64,000 bases of DNA from an uncultured Actinomycetota bacterium. GTDB lineage: Bacteria; Actinomycetota; Acidimicrobiia; Spongiisociales; UBA4744. The DNA is taken from assembly GCA_963717135.1 (NCBI GenBank), contig CAVQVN010000002.1, positions 193,259 to 257,258 on the forward strand, given 5' to 3'. Positions 1 to 9,252 of this stretch are shown one piece after another. Each line of letters opens with the position of its first letter. The stretch's first letter is position 1. The translations under genes and the position numbers were made by a program. The notes below the pieces were generated by a model. The model saw only the letters and a list, made by a program, of their open reading frames with translations. It did no database searches and was not told where the DNA came from.

Positions 1-335
1 ATCGTCCGCTCCGACGGAATCGGATCGATCCTGTCGCGTTCCATTGCAGCAAGGATCGACATCCCCCCGATCGATGCCACTGGATCATTCTCAAGGCGAT
101 CCCGGTAGGACAAAACCAACTCGACGGTGTCCGATCCGGTAGCGGTTGGTGAATGACCGGGAGCCTTCGAGCGATCCTCGATCCCTTCACCAGCTCCTGA
201 TCGATGTTTCCATTTTGACAGCCAGCGACGAGACCGACGGACAGCTTCAGCGGCATCGGCCACCGTCCACCCCTCCTCGATCAGCTTCAACGCATACCGG
301 CGACGCTCCACTTCCGAGTCGAATCCACCCACCAC
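1..335 (-). mobile_element. IS481-family transposase, N-terminal portion only (gene runs off the window start); probable start GTG ~335 (alt 332)
   Basis: Manual minus-strand translation gives '...VVGGFDSEVERRRYALKLIEEGWTVADAAEAVRRSRRWLSKWKHRSGAGEGIEDRSKAPGHSPTATGSDTVELVLSYRDRLENDP...', the typical IS481-family N-terminal HTH with a '...EDRS.RPH.SP' motif. A GGGAGGG SD lies 6-12 nt upstream of the GTG. An in-frame stop (minus TGA, plus ~363-365) closes the frame upstream. The track does not list it because it has no downstream stop in the window. Confidence 0.6.
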
Positions 336-423
336 ACGAACCCTCCCTGACGATCCACACAATCATCCAGGGAGGAACGATGTCTTGGCGGAAACATGAG
401 AACGATCTCCTGGCGGTTCGCCA

Positions 424-442
424 GTACTAGGTACTAGGTACT
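424..442. repeat. Short tandem repeat gtactag-gtactag-gtact (CTAG-containing) between the transposase start and the ABC permease stop; possible IS end or target site
   Basis: Direct 7-nt repeat seen in sequence; IS481 elements classically insert at NCTAGN. Confidence 0.3.
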
Positions 443-445
443 CTG

Positions 446-1351
446 CTACCCCTTCGTCGACCCGAGGGTCAACCCCGCCACAAACTGCCGCTGGAGAACG
501 GCGAACACGATGAGTGTGGGGATAGCCGCCATCAGCGACCCGGCCGCGACCAGATTGTTGTCGGTGAAGAACGTGCCGCTGAGGTTTTGCAGGGCCGACG
601 TGATCGGACGCTTGGCACCCGTCGTCATCAGAACCAGCGCCCAGAAGAAGTCGTTGTAGATCCAGGTGAACTGCAACGTGGCCAGCGCCGCCAGCGGGGG
701 CCGTGACAGCGGCAGGATGATCGACCAGAACTGCTTCCAGACGGAAGCGCCGTCCACGAAAGCAGCCTCGTTGAGGTCGGGCGGCAGAGCCTTCATGTAA
801 TTGCTCAGGACGAACGTGCAGAAACCCATCTGGAAGGCGACGTGGATCGTGATGATCCCTACATAGCTGTCATACATCAACCCGCTGCCGGCCAGCCAAT
901 CAGGGAGGGGAATGGCGAGGAACATCCGGTAGAGCGGCGTGATGATGACCTGTTGGGGCAGGAGGTTTCCGGCGGTGAACAGCATCAGCAGGATGAGGTT
1001 GAACCGGAAACTGAACCGGGAAAGAGCAAAGGCGGCAATGGAGGCCAGGAAGAGCGTGAAGGCAACTGCCGGCACCGTGATGATCAGGGTGTTGACGAAG
1101 TACTTGCCCATCTCGGAGGATGTCCAGGCCTTGGTGTAATTGTCGAAGTTGTACTCGCCGGCGATGGACACATAGCCGTGGACGGCGGTGGAGGCGTATG
1201 GTCTCAGCGACGTATAGATCGCCCAGAGCAAAGGCAGCAGCCACACGAGGGCCGTTATCAACAGGAAGAGCTGTATCCCTCGGGTACGCCCCTTCGAACG
1301 AACCTGACCCGTCCCGGCCTTGTTGACACCAACCTCCTGTGCAGCCGTCAT
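446..1351 (-). CDS. Carbohydrate ABC transporter permease (MalG-like)
   Basis: Multi-TM, conserved permease region '...FLASIAAFALSRFSFRFNLILLMLFTAGNLLPQQVIITPLY'; ATGA-type overlap with upstream permease. Confidence 0.9.
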   Translation of the reverse strand: MTAAQEVGVNKAGTGQVRSKGRTRGIQLFLLITALVWLLPLLWAIYTSLRPYASTAVHGYVSIAGEYNFDNYTKAWTSSEMGKYFVNTLIITVPAVAFTLFLASIAAFALSRFSFRFNLILLMLFTAGNLLPQQVIITPLYRMFLAIPLPDWLAGSGLMYDSYVGIITIHVAFQMGFCTFVLSNYMKALPPDLNEAAFVDGASVWKQFWSIILPLSRPPLAALATLQFTWIYNDFFWALVLMTTGAKRPITSALQNLSGTFFTDNNLVAAGSLMAAIPTLIVFAVLQRQFVAGLTLGSTKG

Positions 1352-2298
1352 GCCGGCGTCTCCTCGGCTTTGAAGGTCCGGTACAGGTACGGGATGATGA
1401 CACCGAGGGAGATGACCAGCAGCACGACCGCCATTGCGGACCCGAATCCGATGCGGCTGGCCTCGCCGAGGATGTTGTTGGTGATAGCCACCGATAACAA
1501 CTCGAGACCATTCCGCCCCTTGTTGATGACGTAGACGATGTCAAAAGCTCGCAGAGACTCGATGATGGTGATGACCAGGATCACAATGTTGATCGGCTTC
1601 AACACAGGGAACACCACGTGGAAGAAGGTCTGACGGCTGGTGGCACCATCGATTGAAGCCGCCTCTTTGAGGGAAGGATCGACGCTCTTGAGGCCCGCCA
1701 GGTAGAGGATCATGATGTACCCGACGTGGCGCCAGCTGGCGGCGATCAGCACCATCCACAGGTTGATATCCGGATTCCCCAGCCAGTCGATCAGATTCGC
1801 CTGATCGGTCCGTCCCAGGATGTTGTTGATCAACCCCTGTTCCGGAGCGTAGATGAGCTGCCAGATGAACCCGACTAGTGCCAGGGACAGCACCACCGGC
1901 ACGTAGAGCGCATTCTGATAGAACCTCGACCCCTTCAACTCTTTGTCGAGCTGGACCGCCAGGAACATCCCGAACGGCGTCGCCACCAAGATGAATGCTC
2001 CCAGCCATATGAGGTTGTGCAGGACGGCAGGCCAGAAAGGGGGGTAGATGGTGGCAACGTCGACATAGTTCTGAGTGCCGACCCATTCGATGGTTGCGAC
2101 GCCACCGATTCCATCCCATTTGGCAAACGAAAGGACGACCGAGAGAAGGGCCGGGACCCACACGAACACGATATGGACAAAGGCCGGAAGACCAAGAAAC
2201 AGTGCCAGAATCCCCAGGTCACGGCGGGTGAGGAGGCTGAAGCGTTTCCGCTTCGTTGGCCTCCCCACCTCGTCCGCTGTCTTTGCTAGGGCGGTCAT
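1348..2298 (-). CDS. Carbohydrate ABC transporter permease (MalF-like)
   Basis: 6-TM permease; EAA-like loop 'KEAASIDGATSRQTFFHVVFPVLKP'. Confidence 0.9.
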   Translation of the reverse strand: MTALAKTADEVGRPTKRKRFSLLTRRDLGILALFLGLPAFVHIVFVWVPALLSVVLSFAKWDGIGGVATIEWVGTQNYVDVATIYPPFWPAVLHNLIWLGAFILVATPFGMFLAVQLDKELKGSRFYQNALYVPVVLSLALVGFIWQLIYAPEQGLINNILGRTDQANLIDWLGNPDINLWMVLIAASWRHVGYIMILYLAGLKSVDPSLKEAASIDGATSRQTFFHVVFPVLKPINIVILVITIIESLRAFDIVYVINKGRNGLELLSVAITNNILGEASRIGFGSAMAVVLLVISLGVIIPYLYRTFKAEETPA

Positions 2299-2310
2299 GC
2301 TGTCCGTACT

Positions 2311-3663
2311 CTAGACGTCCAGGTACCCGCCTTTTTGAGCCTCTACTGAGGCCAGGATGTTGTCGATGTCCGACGGATTGTTGATGAACTCCGTCAACGC
2401 CACGCCCACGACCTCCGAGGCAAACCCAGGATCGGTATCACGATCGAGGAACTGTGCGATGTTGGAAGCCGATCCGATCAGCTCCAACGCCTTGTCCTGG
2501 AGTGGTGTGTAGATCGAAGTATCCGCATCGTTGGCCGTGGCCAACCAGTTCGGGTTGACCTTCGTATAGTTGTTCTGCGCTTCACCAGTTCCCAGGTAGG
2601 CCATCAGCGCCTTGGCAGCGTCGATGTTCTTGGGCTCCTTCGAGATCATGAATCCGTCGATAGGCGCCTCAACCGACTCCTGGCCATAGTCCGGGTTGAT
2701 CTCCGGGAACGGGAAGAAGTCCATGTCGGCCCGCTCGTCTGGAAGGTCGATCAGGGCATCGCCCAGGAACAAGCCGAGCAAATGCATGCCGCACGTTCCG
2801 TTGGCCATAGCGATCGTGGCGTCTTGCCAGGTTCGGGCCAGAGCCGCGCTCTGGTGGTATGGAAGCAACTCGGCGTAGGTGGCGAACACCTGCTTGACCT
2901 CGTCGCTCTCCCAGGACTCGAGTCCCGCCATCAGGTCCACGTGGAACTGGTAACCGTTGGTGCGCAGATTGAGATAATCGAACGTGCCCATGGCCGGCCA
3001 GCCGCCGTCGTTGCCGAAAGCGAAAGGAACCATGCCATCATCCTCCATCGCTTTGCAGAGGTCGATCAACTCAGCGAGGGTGGTCGGGGGCGTGTAGCCC
3101 TTGTCCGCAAAGACGCTCTTGCGATAGAAGATCGCCCACGGGTAGAAGATGAACGGTACAAAATACTGTTCACCGTCATTGCCGGTCGAGGCTAGCTTGA
3201 AGGCTTCCGAGTAGTTGGCGTTCAAACTGTCATTCCACACGTCCGAGAATGGGGTAGCTAGACCCTTTTCCGCAAAGAAACGCATGCGGAAACCGGCAAA
3301 CCAGGTAAAGACATCATCCGGTTGTCCCTGCAAATACGTGTTGATTTGCTGCTGGAAGGTGTTGTGGTCGACGGTGTTGATGGCAAGTTCAACACCGGTG
3401 TTAGCCGCAAAACTCTCGAACGCGGCGCCATAGGCGTTCTTGGTCAGTTCATCAGAGGCGTTTGAACCGATGCTCAAAGTGCCGCTCGGGGCTCCTCCCC
3501 CGCCGGCCGTGGTCGTCGTTGCGCCTTCATCGTCTCCGCAGGCGGCGAGGAGCGTAGGGAAAGCAGCGAAGCCGGCTGCGGCGCCTGCCCCCTTCAACAA
3601 CTGCCGTCTGCTCAACTGGGGAAGTCCCTCGAGTAACGGGGACTTCGGTTTCTCCGGAGTCAT
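2311..3663 (-). CDS. Sugar ABC transporter substrate-binding lipoprotein (Tat signal plus lipobox)
   Basis: Internal Met start gives 'MTPEKPKSPLLEGLPQLSRRQLLKGAGAAAGFAAFPTLLAAC' (twin-Arg motif, lipobox LAAC) with a strong SD GAAGGAGGAAGGG upstream; the track ORF 2311..3762 has a spurious 33-aa extension. Confidence 0.85.
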   Translation of the reverse strand: MTPEKPKSPLLEGLPQLSRRQLLKGAGAAAGFAAFPTLLAACGDDEGATTTTAGGGGAPSGTLSIGSNASDELTKNAYGAAFESFAANTGVELAINTVDHNTFQQQINTYLQGQPDDVFTWFAGFRMRFFAEKGLATPFSDVWNDSLNANYSEAFKLASTGNDGEQYFVPFIFYPWAIFYRKSVFADKGYTPPTTLAELIDLCKAMEDDGMVPFAFGNDGGWPAMGTFDYLNLRTNGYQFHVDLMAGLESWESDEVKQVFATYAELLPYHQSAALARTWQDATIAMANGTCGMHLLGLFLGDALIDLPDERADMDFFPFPEINPDYGQESVEAPIDGFMISKEPKNIDAAKALMAYLGTGEAQNNYTKVNPNWLATANDADTSIYTPLQDKALELIGSASNIAQFLDRDTDPGFASEVVGVALTEFINNPSDIDNILASVEAQKGGYLDV

Positions 3664-3974
3664 ATGTCCCTTCCTCCTTCGGTTGGGGGCGATCGGAATT
3701 TCCGAACACAAACCAACAAACCTGAGCGTATTCCAGTCGGCAACAAAGCAAATGTCAAACATGTCCCTGAACAGGCGAATATGCGATTCCAGCTCAGTGA
3801 TGAAACCGCCTCACCATGTTGGAATCTGTTGACTTTTGCTCAAGCGGCGGCCAACCTGTTGATTGCCATTCTCGAACAAATCAGCGCGCCTGAACAGGGT
3901 CGAAAGACACCTGAGGGTCAGGCCTAACGGCCGAACTGTGACCGGTATCCGGGGCATGGCGCCGCCGACGAAAG

Positions 3975-4772
3975 GTGAAAGCCGAAGTGCTGCAATCACA
4001 ACGCCAAACCTACATATTGTCGATGGTCCGCCAGCATGGCACCGTCCGGGTGTCCGAACTCGTCAGGGAGCTCAATGTCTCCGACATGACCATCCGGCGC
4101 GATCTCGGAGATCTCGCCGAACGCGGCCTCCTGGAGAAAGTGCATGGCGGAGCCACCGCGATTCCAGACGGCGCCTCCTACGAACCAAGCTTCGCGGCCA
4201 AATCGACCAGACTCCACCAGGAAAAAGAGTCTATCGCCGTACCGGCCGCCGGCCTGGTGCGGCCCGGAACTGCCATCGGCATCAGCGCCGGAACGACGAC
4301 ATACGCCGTTGCCCGACATTTGATCGACGTGCCCGGCTTGACCATTGTGACCAATTCGGTGCAGGTGGCCGAGTTGCTTCACAAGGCGCCCGGCGACGGT
4401 CGCACCGTCCACCTAACCGGCGGGATGCGAACACCCTCGGACGCTCTGGTCGGACCTTTCGCGGTTGCCGCACTCCAGACGACGCACCTCGACCTCGTCT
4501 TTATGGGAGTACACGGCATGGACTCCAAATCCGGGTTTACGACGCCCAACCTCATGGAAGCCGAAACCAACCGGGCTCTAGTCGCCGCCGGGCGCAGCCT
4601 GGTGGTGGTCGCCGATCACACCAAATGGGGAATCATCGGAATCAGTTCGATTGCCCGACTCGATGAGGCCGACACCTTGATTACCGACGCCGCCATGCCT
4701 GAGCACGCCCAGGAGATCCTTCGCGAACAGGTGGGCGAACTCGTCTTGGCCCCAGTCCCCCGACCGGCATAG
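3975..4772 (+). CDS. DeoR/GlpR-family transcriptional regulator, divergent from the sugar ABC operon
   Basis: N-terminal HTH 'YILSMVRQHGTVRVSELVRELNVSDMTIRRDLGDLAERGLLEKVHGGA' plus C-terminal sugar-phosphate-binding DeoR-C domain; GTG start. Confidence 0.9.
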   Translation: MKAEVLQSQRQTYILSMVRQHGTVRVSELVRELNVSDMTIRRDLGDLAERGLLEKVHGGATAIPDGASYEPSFAAKSTRLHQEKESIAVPAAGLVRPGTAIGISAGTTTYAVARHLIDVPGLTIVTNSVQVAELLHKAPGDGRTVHLTGGMRTPSDALVGPFAVAALQTTHLDLVFMGVHGMDSKSGFTTPNLMEAETNRALVAAGRSLVVVADHTKWGIIGISSIARLDEADTLITDAAMPEHAQEILREQVGELVLAPVPRPA

Positions 4773-4830
4773 CGGAGTTCGAGCCGCGGCGCAGCTATGC
4801 TCTCGTCGGTCGAGACACTATGGAGAGCAA

Positions 4831-5760
4831 ATGAATACACGCCGGACCCGACTCGGTACATTCCTGGTGGTTCTGGTCGCCCTGACGATGCTGGCGGCGG
4901 CCTGCGCCGAAGATGCCGAGACCACTACCACGGCCGCGGAGACGACTACTACCGAAGCATCCACCTCCACTACCGAACTGGCCGCCTGCACGGTCGACAA
5001 CCTGAATCTGGTAACCCCGGGAACCCTCACGATCGCCACCGGATTGACGGTCTTTCCTCCTTGGATGACCGATGCGGATGGTGGGTTCAACGATGACCCG
5101 ACGGCTCAATCCGGGTTCGAAGGCGAGCTTGCATATGAGATCGCCGACTACCTGGGCTTTTCGCCCGACCAGGTGGAATGGGTTCGGACCGGATTCGACG
5201 AGGCAATCGTGGCCGGCCCCAAGGACTGGGACTTCAACATGCAGCAGTACTCGATCACTACTGCGCGCGATGAGGTCGTCGACTTCAGCGTCCCCTATTA
5301 CGTGACTTCCCAGGCGCTGGTCGTCCTGGAAGGGTCGCCCTTGCAGAATGCCACGACCCTGGCCGAGCTCAAGGATGCCAAACTCGGCGCGGCCATCGGA
5401 ACCACCAGTGTGGAGTTCATCGAAAGCGTCATCCAGCCCAACACCCCGCCCAATGTCTATGACGAGAACTTCGACGTCGTCTCGGCTATGAACGCCGGAC
5501 AGATCGAAGGTCTGGTCGTCGATCTGGGGGCCGCCTTCTACATCACGGGTTCCGAGCAAGTGCCGGGTTCCGTGGTGGCTGCCAGTTTTGATGCGGAGGC
5601 TGCTGCTCCCGACGAGTACGGCCTGCTGTTCGCCGAGGGCAATCCGCTGGTCGAGTGCGTGAATGAAGCCATCAACGCTCTCTGGGCCGATGGCACGATT
5701 GACAGGTTAATTGCCGACTGGCTCGAACAGGGTATCGGCGTCACCGTCATCTCTGAGTAG
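4831..5760 (+). CDS. Polar amino-acid ABC transporter substrate-binding lipoprotein (SBP family 3)
   Basis: Signal peptide plus lipobox 'LTMLAAAC', Thr-rich linker, SBP_bac_3-like body. Confidence 0.8.
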   Translation: MNTRRTRLGTFLVVLVALTMLAAACAEDAETTTTAAETTTTEASTSTTELAACTVDNLNLVTPGTLTIATGLTVFPPWMTDADGGFNDDPTAQSGFEGELAYEIADYLGFSPDQVEWVRTGFDEAIVAGPKDWDFNMQQYSITTARDEVVDFSVPYYVTSQALVVLEGSPLQNATTLAELKDAKLGAAIGTTSVEFIESVIQPNTPPNVYDENFDVVSAMNAGQIEGLVVDLGAAFYITGSEQVPGSVVAASFDAEAAAPDEYGLLFAEGNPLVECVNEAINALWADGTIDRLIADWLEQGIGVTVISE

Positions 5761-5780
5761 CCGAACGGGAAGAGGACGAC

Positions 5781-6653
5781 GTGACGGAGAAGACCTCCGT
5801 CGATCGCTTTGGCCGGGGTCCGGGCTTGTTCGGGCCCCGGCCCCGTTCCAGGTTCCGTGAAGAAGGCGCCCGTGGTGCGCTCATAGCAGCGGCCTCGACG
5901 GTTATCGTCCTGGGGCTCTTCGCTTGGGCGGTATTCAGCTCCGAGGCTTGGCCGGCGGTTCAGAAACAGTTCTTCAATTGGTCCAACTTCCAGGACGCCT
6001 GGCCCGTCGTGTGGGCCGGCTTCTGGCTCGACATCAAGATGTTCCTCCTGGCTGAAGTGCTCATCCTGGTGATTGCTCTCATGGTGGCGATGATCAGAGC
6101 GCTTCGAGGACCGGCGTTCTTTCCTTTGCGGGTGCTGGCCATCACCTACATCGACCTCATTAGGGGCGTTCCGATCATCCTCCTGATCCTGCTGTTGGGG
6201 TTTGGAGTCCCGGCGCTGCAGTTGCGGGGAGTCCCGCGGAGCGAGCTCTTCTGGGGGCTGGCCGCCCTGGTTATCAGCTACAGCGCCTACACAGCAGAGG
6301 TTTACCGAGCAGGCATCGAGTCGGTGCGGGAGAGTCAACGGATGTCGGCCCGCTCGCTGGGACTGACCCAGGTACAGACCCTGCGATACGTTCTGGTCCC
6401 CCAGGCGATCCGCAATGTGATTCCCGCTCTGCTCAACGGGTTCGTCAGCTTGCAGAAAGACGTAGCCCTGGTCTTCGTTCTGGGAGTCAGGGAGGGAGTG
6501 CGGGAAGCGCAGATCTATACGGCGAGCACCTTCAACTACACCAGCTACGTGGTGGCCGCCGTGCTCTTCCTCCTGGTCTCCGTACCGGTCGCCCGTTTCA
6601 CCGACTGGTACACCGATCGAGACCGGCGGCGTAAGCAAGGGGTGAGCGGATGA
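5781..6653 (+). CDS. Amino-acid ABC transporter permease (His/Glu/Gln/Arg/opine family)
   Basis: Motif 'ARSLGLTQVQTLRYVLVPQAIRNVIPALLNGFVSLQKDVALVFVLGV'. Confidence 0.9.
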   Translation: MTEKTSVDRFGRGPGLFGPRPRSRFREEGARGALIAAASTVIVLGLFAWAVFSSEAWPAVQKQFFNWSNFQDAWPVVWAGFWLDIKMFLLAEVLILVIALMVAMIRALRGPAFFPLRVLAITYIDLIRGVPIILLILLLGFGVPALQLRGVPRSELFWGLAALVISYSAYTAEVYRAGIESVRESQRMSARSLGLTQVQTLRYVLVPQAIRNVIPALLNGFVSLQKDVALVFVLGVREGVREAQIYTASTFNYTSYVVAAVLFLLVSVPVARFTDWYTDRDRRRKQGVSG

Positions 6654-7399
6654 GCGTCGCCAAACTCGAGATGCGAAACGTCCGGAAGGCGTTCGAGGGC
6701 AAAGGTGTGCTGAACGACGTCGATCTCGAAGTCGGGCACCATGATGTCGTGTGTCTCATCGGCGCCTCCGGTTCGGGCAAATCAACGCTGCTCAAGTGCG
6801 TGAATCTTCTCTACCCAATCGACGAAGGTCAGATCCTTATCGATGGGGATGACATCACGGCTCCCGGCGTCAATCCCAACAGCGTGCGCCAGCGTATGGG
6901 AATCGTGTTTCAGGCATTCAATCTCTTCCCACACATGAGCGTGCTCGACAACATCACTCTCAGTCCCAGAAAAGTGCACGGCCTCGACCGGTCGTCGGCC
7001 GAGGCCCGGGCCCGGGAGTTGCTGGCCAAGTTCGGTCTCGACGACAAGGTCGACGAGTACCCGGACCGCCTCTCGGGTGGTCAACAGCAACGGGTGGCGA
7101 TCATTCGCGCCCTGGCCATCGACCCGGAGTTGATCCTCCTGGACGAGGTCACCTCCGCCCTGGACCCCGAACTTATCGCGGAAGTGCTCAACGTCATCAG
7201 GGACCTCAAGGCAGACGGCATGACGATGGTCATTGCCACCCATGAGATGGGATTCGCCCGAGATGTCGCCGACCGGGTTTGTTTTCTCGATGCCGGCGTG
7301 ATTCTCGAGCACGGTCCGCCTGATCAGATCTTCCGGCACCCTCGCGAGGCGCGAACGCAGCAGTTCCTCCAGCGGATCATCGAAGCAGGGCGCCTCTAG
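6650..7399 (+). CDS. Amino-acid ABC transporter ATP-binding protein (GlnQ/HisP-like)
   Basis: Walker A 'GASGSGKST', signature 'LSGGQQQRVAIIRAL', Walker B 'ILLDEVTSALD'; start overlaps the permease stop. Confidence 0.95.
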   Translation: MSVAKLEMRNVRKAFEGKGVLNDVDLEVGHHDVVCLIGASGSGKSTLLKCVNLLYPIDEGQILIDGDDITAPGVNPNSVRQRMGIVFQAFNLFPHMSVLDNITLSPRKVHGLDRSSAEARARELLAKFGLDDKVDEYPDRLSGGQQQRVAIIRALAIDPELILLDEVTSALDPELIAEVLNVIRDLKADGMTMVIATHEMGFARDVADRVCFLDAGVILEHGPPDQIFRHPREARTQQFLQRIIEAGRL

Positions 7400-8205
7400 C
7401 CGATCGTCCGCACGACCACCCGATCGCCGGGCCTGGGTTGAATGACTTTCCCACCGGTCCCGTTGTTCTCCGAAACCAGCAGGTATCCACTCGAATCCCA
7501 CAAAGCAATCAGCGTGTCGCTGTCGTATTCGGAATCGCCAAAGGTGTTGACCATTCCCTCGATGGTGGCGCCACACACCTCGACTTCCACGCCGGCCGGA
7601 ACCGGCAGGTGGGCAATCTGGTCGGGCAGGATCGAGCAGATGGCGTTCCCGAAGTCGTCAATGTAGATGACCTCTCCCTCGACACTTCCGTCGCCCTGGC
7701 GAGCCGCTCCCCACAGCGGGATAATGACCGGATCGTCCAGGGGTGTTCCCAGGTCGGCCAGCGGTACCCCGGCCGCCAGGTGGGCGCCGACCGGGGAGAA
7801 AAGGTCGCGGCCGTGAAAGGTGTTCGTGACGTTGGGCAGCCAGTATTCGGGCTTGTCGAGATCGACGAATTCGGTCGACCAACCTTCCCGGCCGGCGCGG
7901 GCCAGACAGGCCGAAAGGACACCGTTGTCGGGAGCGACGAAATACTGGTCACCGATCCGCCCGGCAATGGCCCGGCGATCCGTACCGACCCCTGGGTCGA
8001 CCACGATGACGTGAACGGAACCCGCCGGGAAGAAGAACACATTGCTGTCCACGACGAAGTTCGCTTCGCGAATGTCCTGTGGAGTGATCTGGTGGGTGAG
8101 GTCGGTGATGACCGCGTTAGGTGCGATCCGGTAGATGACACCGTGGAGCACTGCCTGGCTGCCTTGCCGGTTGCCGAAGTCGGTTGAGAGAGTGATGTAG
8201 GGCAT
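7396..8205 (-). CDS. SAM hydroxide adenosyltransferase / SAM hydrolase (DUF62, SalL/FlA-like fold)
   Basis: 'MPYITLSTDFGNRQGSQAVLHGVIY...VIVVDPGVGTDRRAIAGRIGDQYFVAPDNGVL...IYIDDFGNAICS' are DUF62 hallmarks. ATG at residue 80 of the track ORF; the upstream 79 aa are an Arg/Pro-rich artefact. Confidence 0.8.
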   Translation of the reverse strand: MPYITLSTDFGNRQGSQAVLHGVIYRIAPNAVITDLTHQITPQDIREANFVVDSNVFFFPAGSVHVIVVDPGVGTDRRAIAGRIGDQYFVAPDNGVLSACLARAGREGWSTEFVDLDKPEYWLPNVTNTFHGRDLFSPVGAHLAAGVPLADLGTPLDDPVIIPLWGAARQGDGSVEGEVIYIDDFGNAICSILPDQIAHLPVPAGVEVEVCGATIEGMVNTFGDSEYDSDTLIALWDSSGYLLVSENNGTGGKVIQPRPGDRVVVRTIG

Positions 8206-8224
8206 GGCGCGATTGTACGCAGGG

Positions 8225-9226
8225 TTACTCCCCTGCGTCCCACCACTCGGTGATCTGCCGACTGAGGTCGGCTTTGGTCTCCGGGGGCGCCCAGGAAGCA
8301 TCAACGGCTGCCAGCGAGATTTGGCGAATGGTGTCCTCACCGAGGCCGAACCGCTCTTCGAGTACCTGGTATTCGCCGGCCAGCGAGGAATGGAACAGGG
8401 CCGGATCGTCGGTGTTGATGGTGACCATCGCACCTGCAGCAATGAGTGAACGGGCCGGGTGGGTATCCCACTCGGGTACCACGGCGGTGCGGATGTTCGA
8501 GGTCGGACAGACTTCCAGAGGGATCTGCTTCTCGACGAGGTATTCGACCAGGGCCGGGTCCTCGGCGGCTCTCACCCCGTGACCGATCCGCTCCACATCC
8601 AGGGCTCGGATCGCCCCCCACACGCTCTCGGGCCCGGCCGCCTCACCTGCATGGGCGGTCAGCCGGAATCCCGAGTCACGGGCGGTTCTATATACGTCGA
8701 CAAAAAGCTCGGGCGGGTTCTCTGCCTCGTACCCTCCGATCCCGATACCGATTATCCGCGCCTCATCGGCAACTTCGGTGATGGCGGCCAGCGTTCTGGC
8801 AGTGCCCTCCGGCCCACGATCGCGGACCAGATCGACGATCAATGGCACCTCGACTTCCGGCACACGCTCGAGCCCGGCCCGAATGGCGATCGCCAGTTGT
8901 CGGGGATCCAGATTGTGGTGACGGAAGTCACTGGGCGAGAAGAACGCCTCTGCGTAGACAATGTTCTGGGCGGCCAGATGGCGGGCGACCGCTTCGGCGG
9001 CACAGGTGAAATCCTCATAATCACGCAGAAAGGCAATCATCCACACCCAGGTCTCCATGAAGTGGGCGAAATCCTTGTAGGTGAACCAGTCCACCAACTG
9101 AGCCGGAGTCTTGATGGTTTCGTCACCACCGTGCCGTTTGATCAAGTCCCACAGGGTCGGAAGTGGAATGGCGCCTTCCAAGTGGAGATGCAATTCCACC
9201 TTCGGCATTGACGACCAGTCGCGCAT
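8225..9226 (-). CDS. add: Adenosine deaminase
   Basis: 'MPKVELHLHLEGAIP...', 'HAGEAAGPESVWGAI...IGHGV', 'VCPTSNIRT'. Start ambiguous (track M is TTG; ATG candidates at aa 5 and aa 11). Confidence 0.85.
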   Translation of the reverse strand: MRDWSSMPKVELHLHLEGAIPLPTLWDLIKRHGGDETIKTPAQLVDWFTYKDFAHFMETWVWMIAFLRDYEDFTCAAEAVARHLAAQNIVYAEAFFSPSDFRHHNLDPRQLAIAIRAGLERVPEVEVPLIVDLVRDRGPEGTARTLAAITEVADEARIIGIGIGGYEAENPPELFVDVYRTARDSGFRLTAHAGEAAGPESVWGAIRALDVERIGHGVRAAEDPALVEYLVEKQIPLEVCPTSNIRTAVVPEWDTHPARSLIAAGAMVTINTDDPALFHSSLAGEYQVLEERFGLGEDTIRQISLAAVDASWAPPETKADLSRQITEWWDAGE

Positions 9227-9252
9227 TCGGGCATTCAAACAGAAGCCGCCGG

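Noticed and set aside
146-430. 94-aa plus-strand ORF at the window start
   Set aside because: Lies antisense to the IS481 transposase fragment. Pro/Ser/Arg-rich, with no start context.
7396-8442. 348-aa version of the DUF62 gene; 624-aa ORF 44522..46396; 694-aa ORF 47115..49199; 768-aa ORF 49500..51806
   Set aside because: Long N-terminal extensions are Arg/Pro/Gly-rich, overlap neighbouring genes in other frames, and precede clear internal starts with SD sequences. Only the C-terminal parts are real: DUF62, pgsA, oppC and the SBP.
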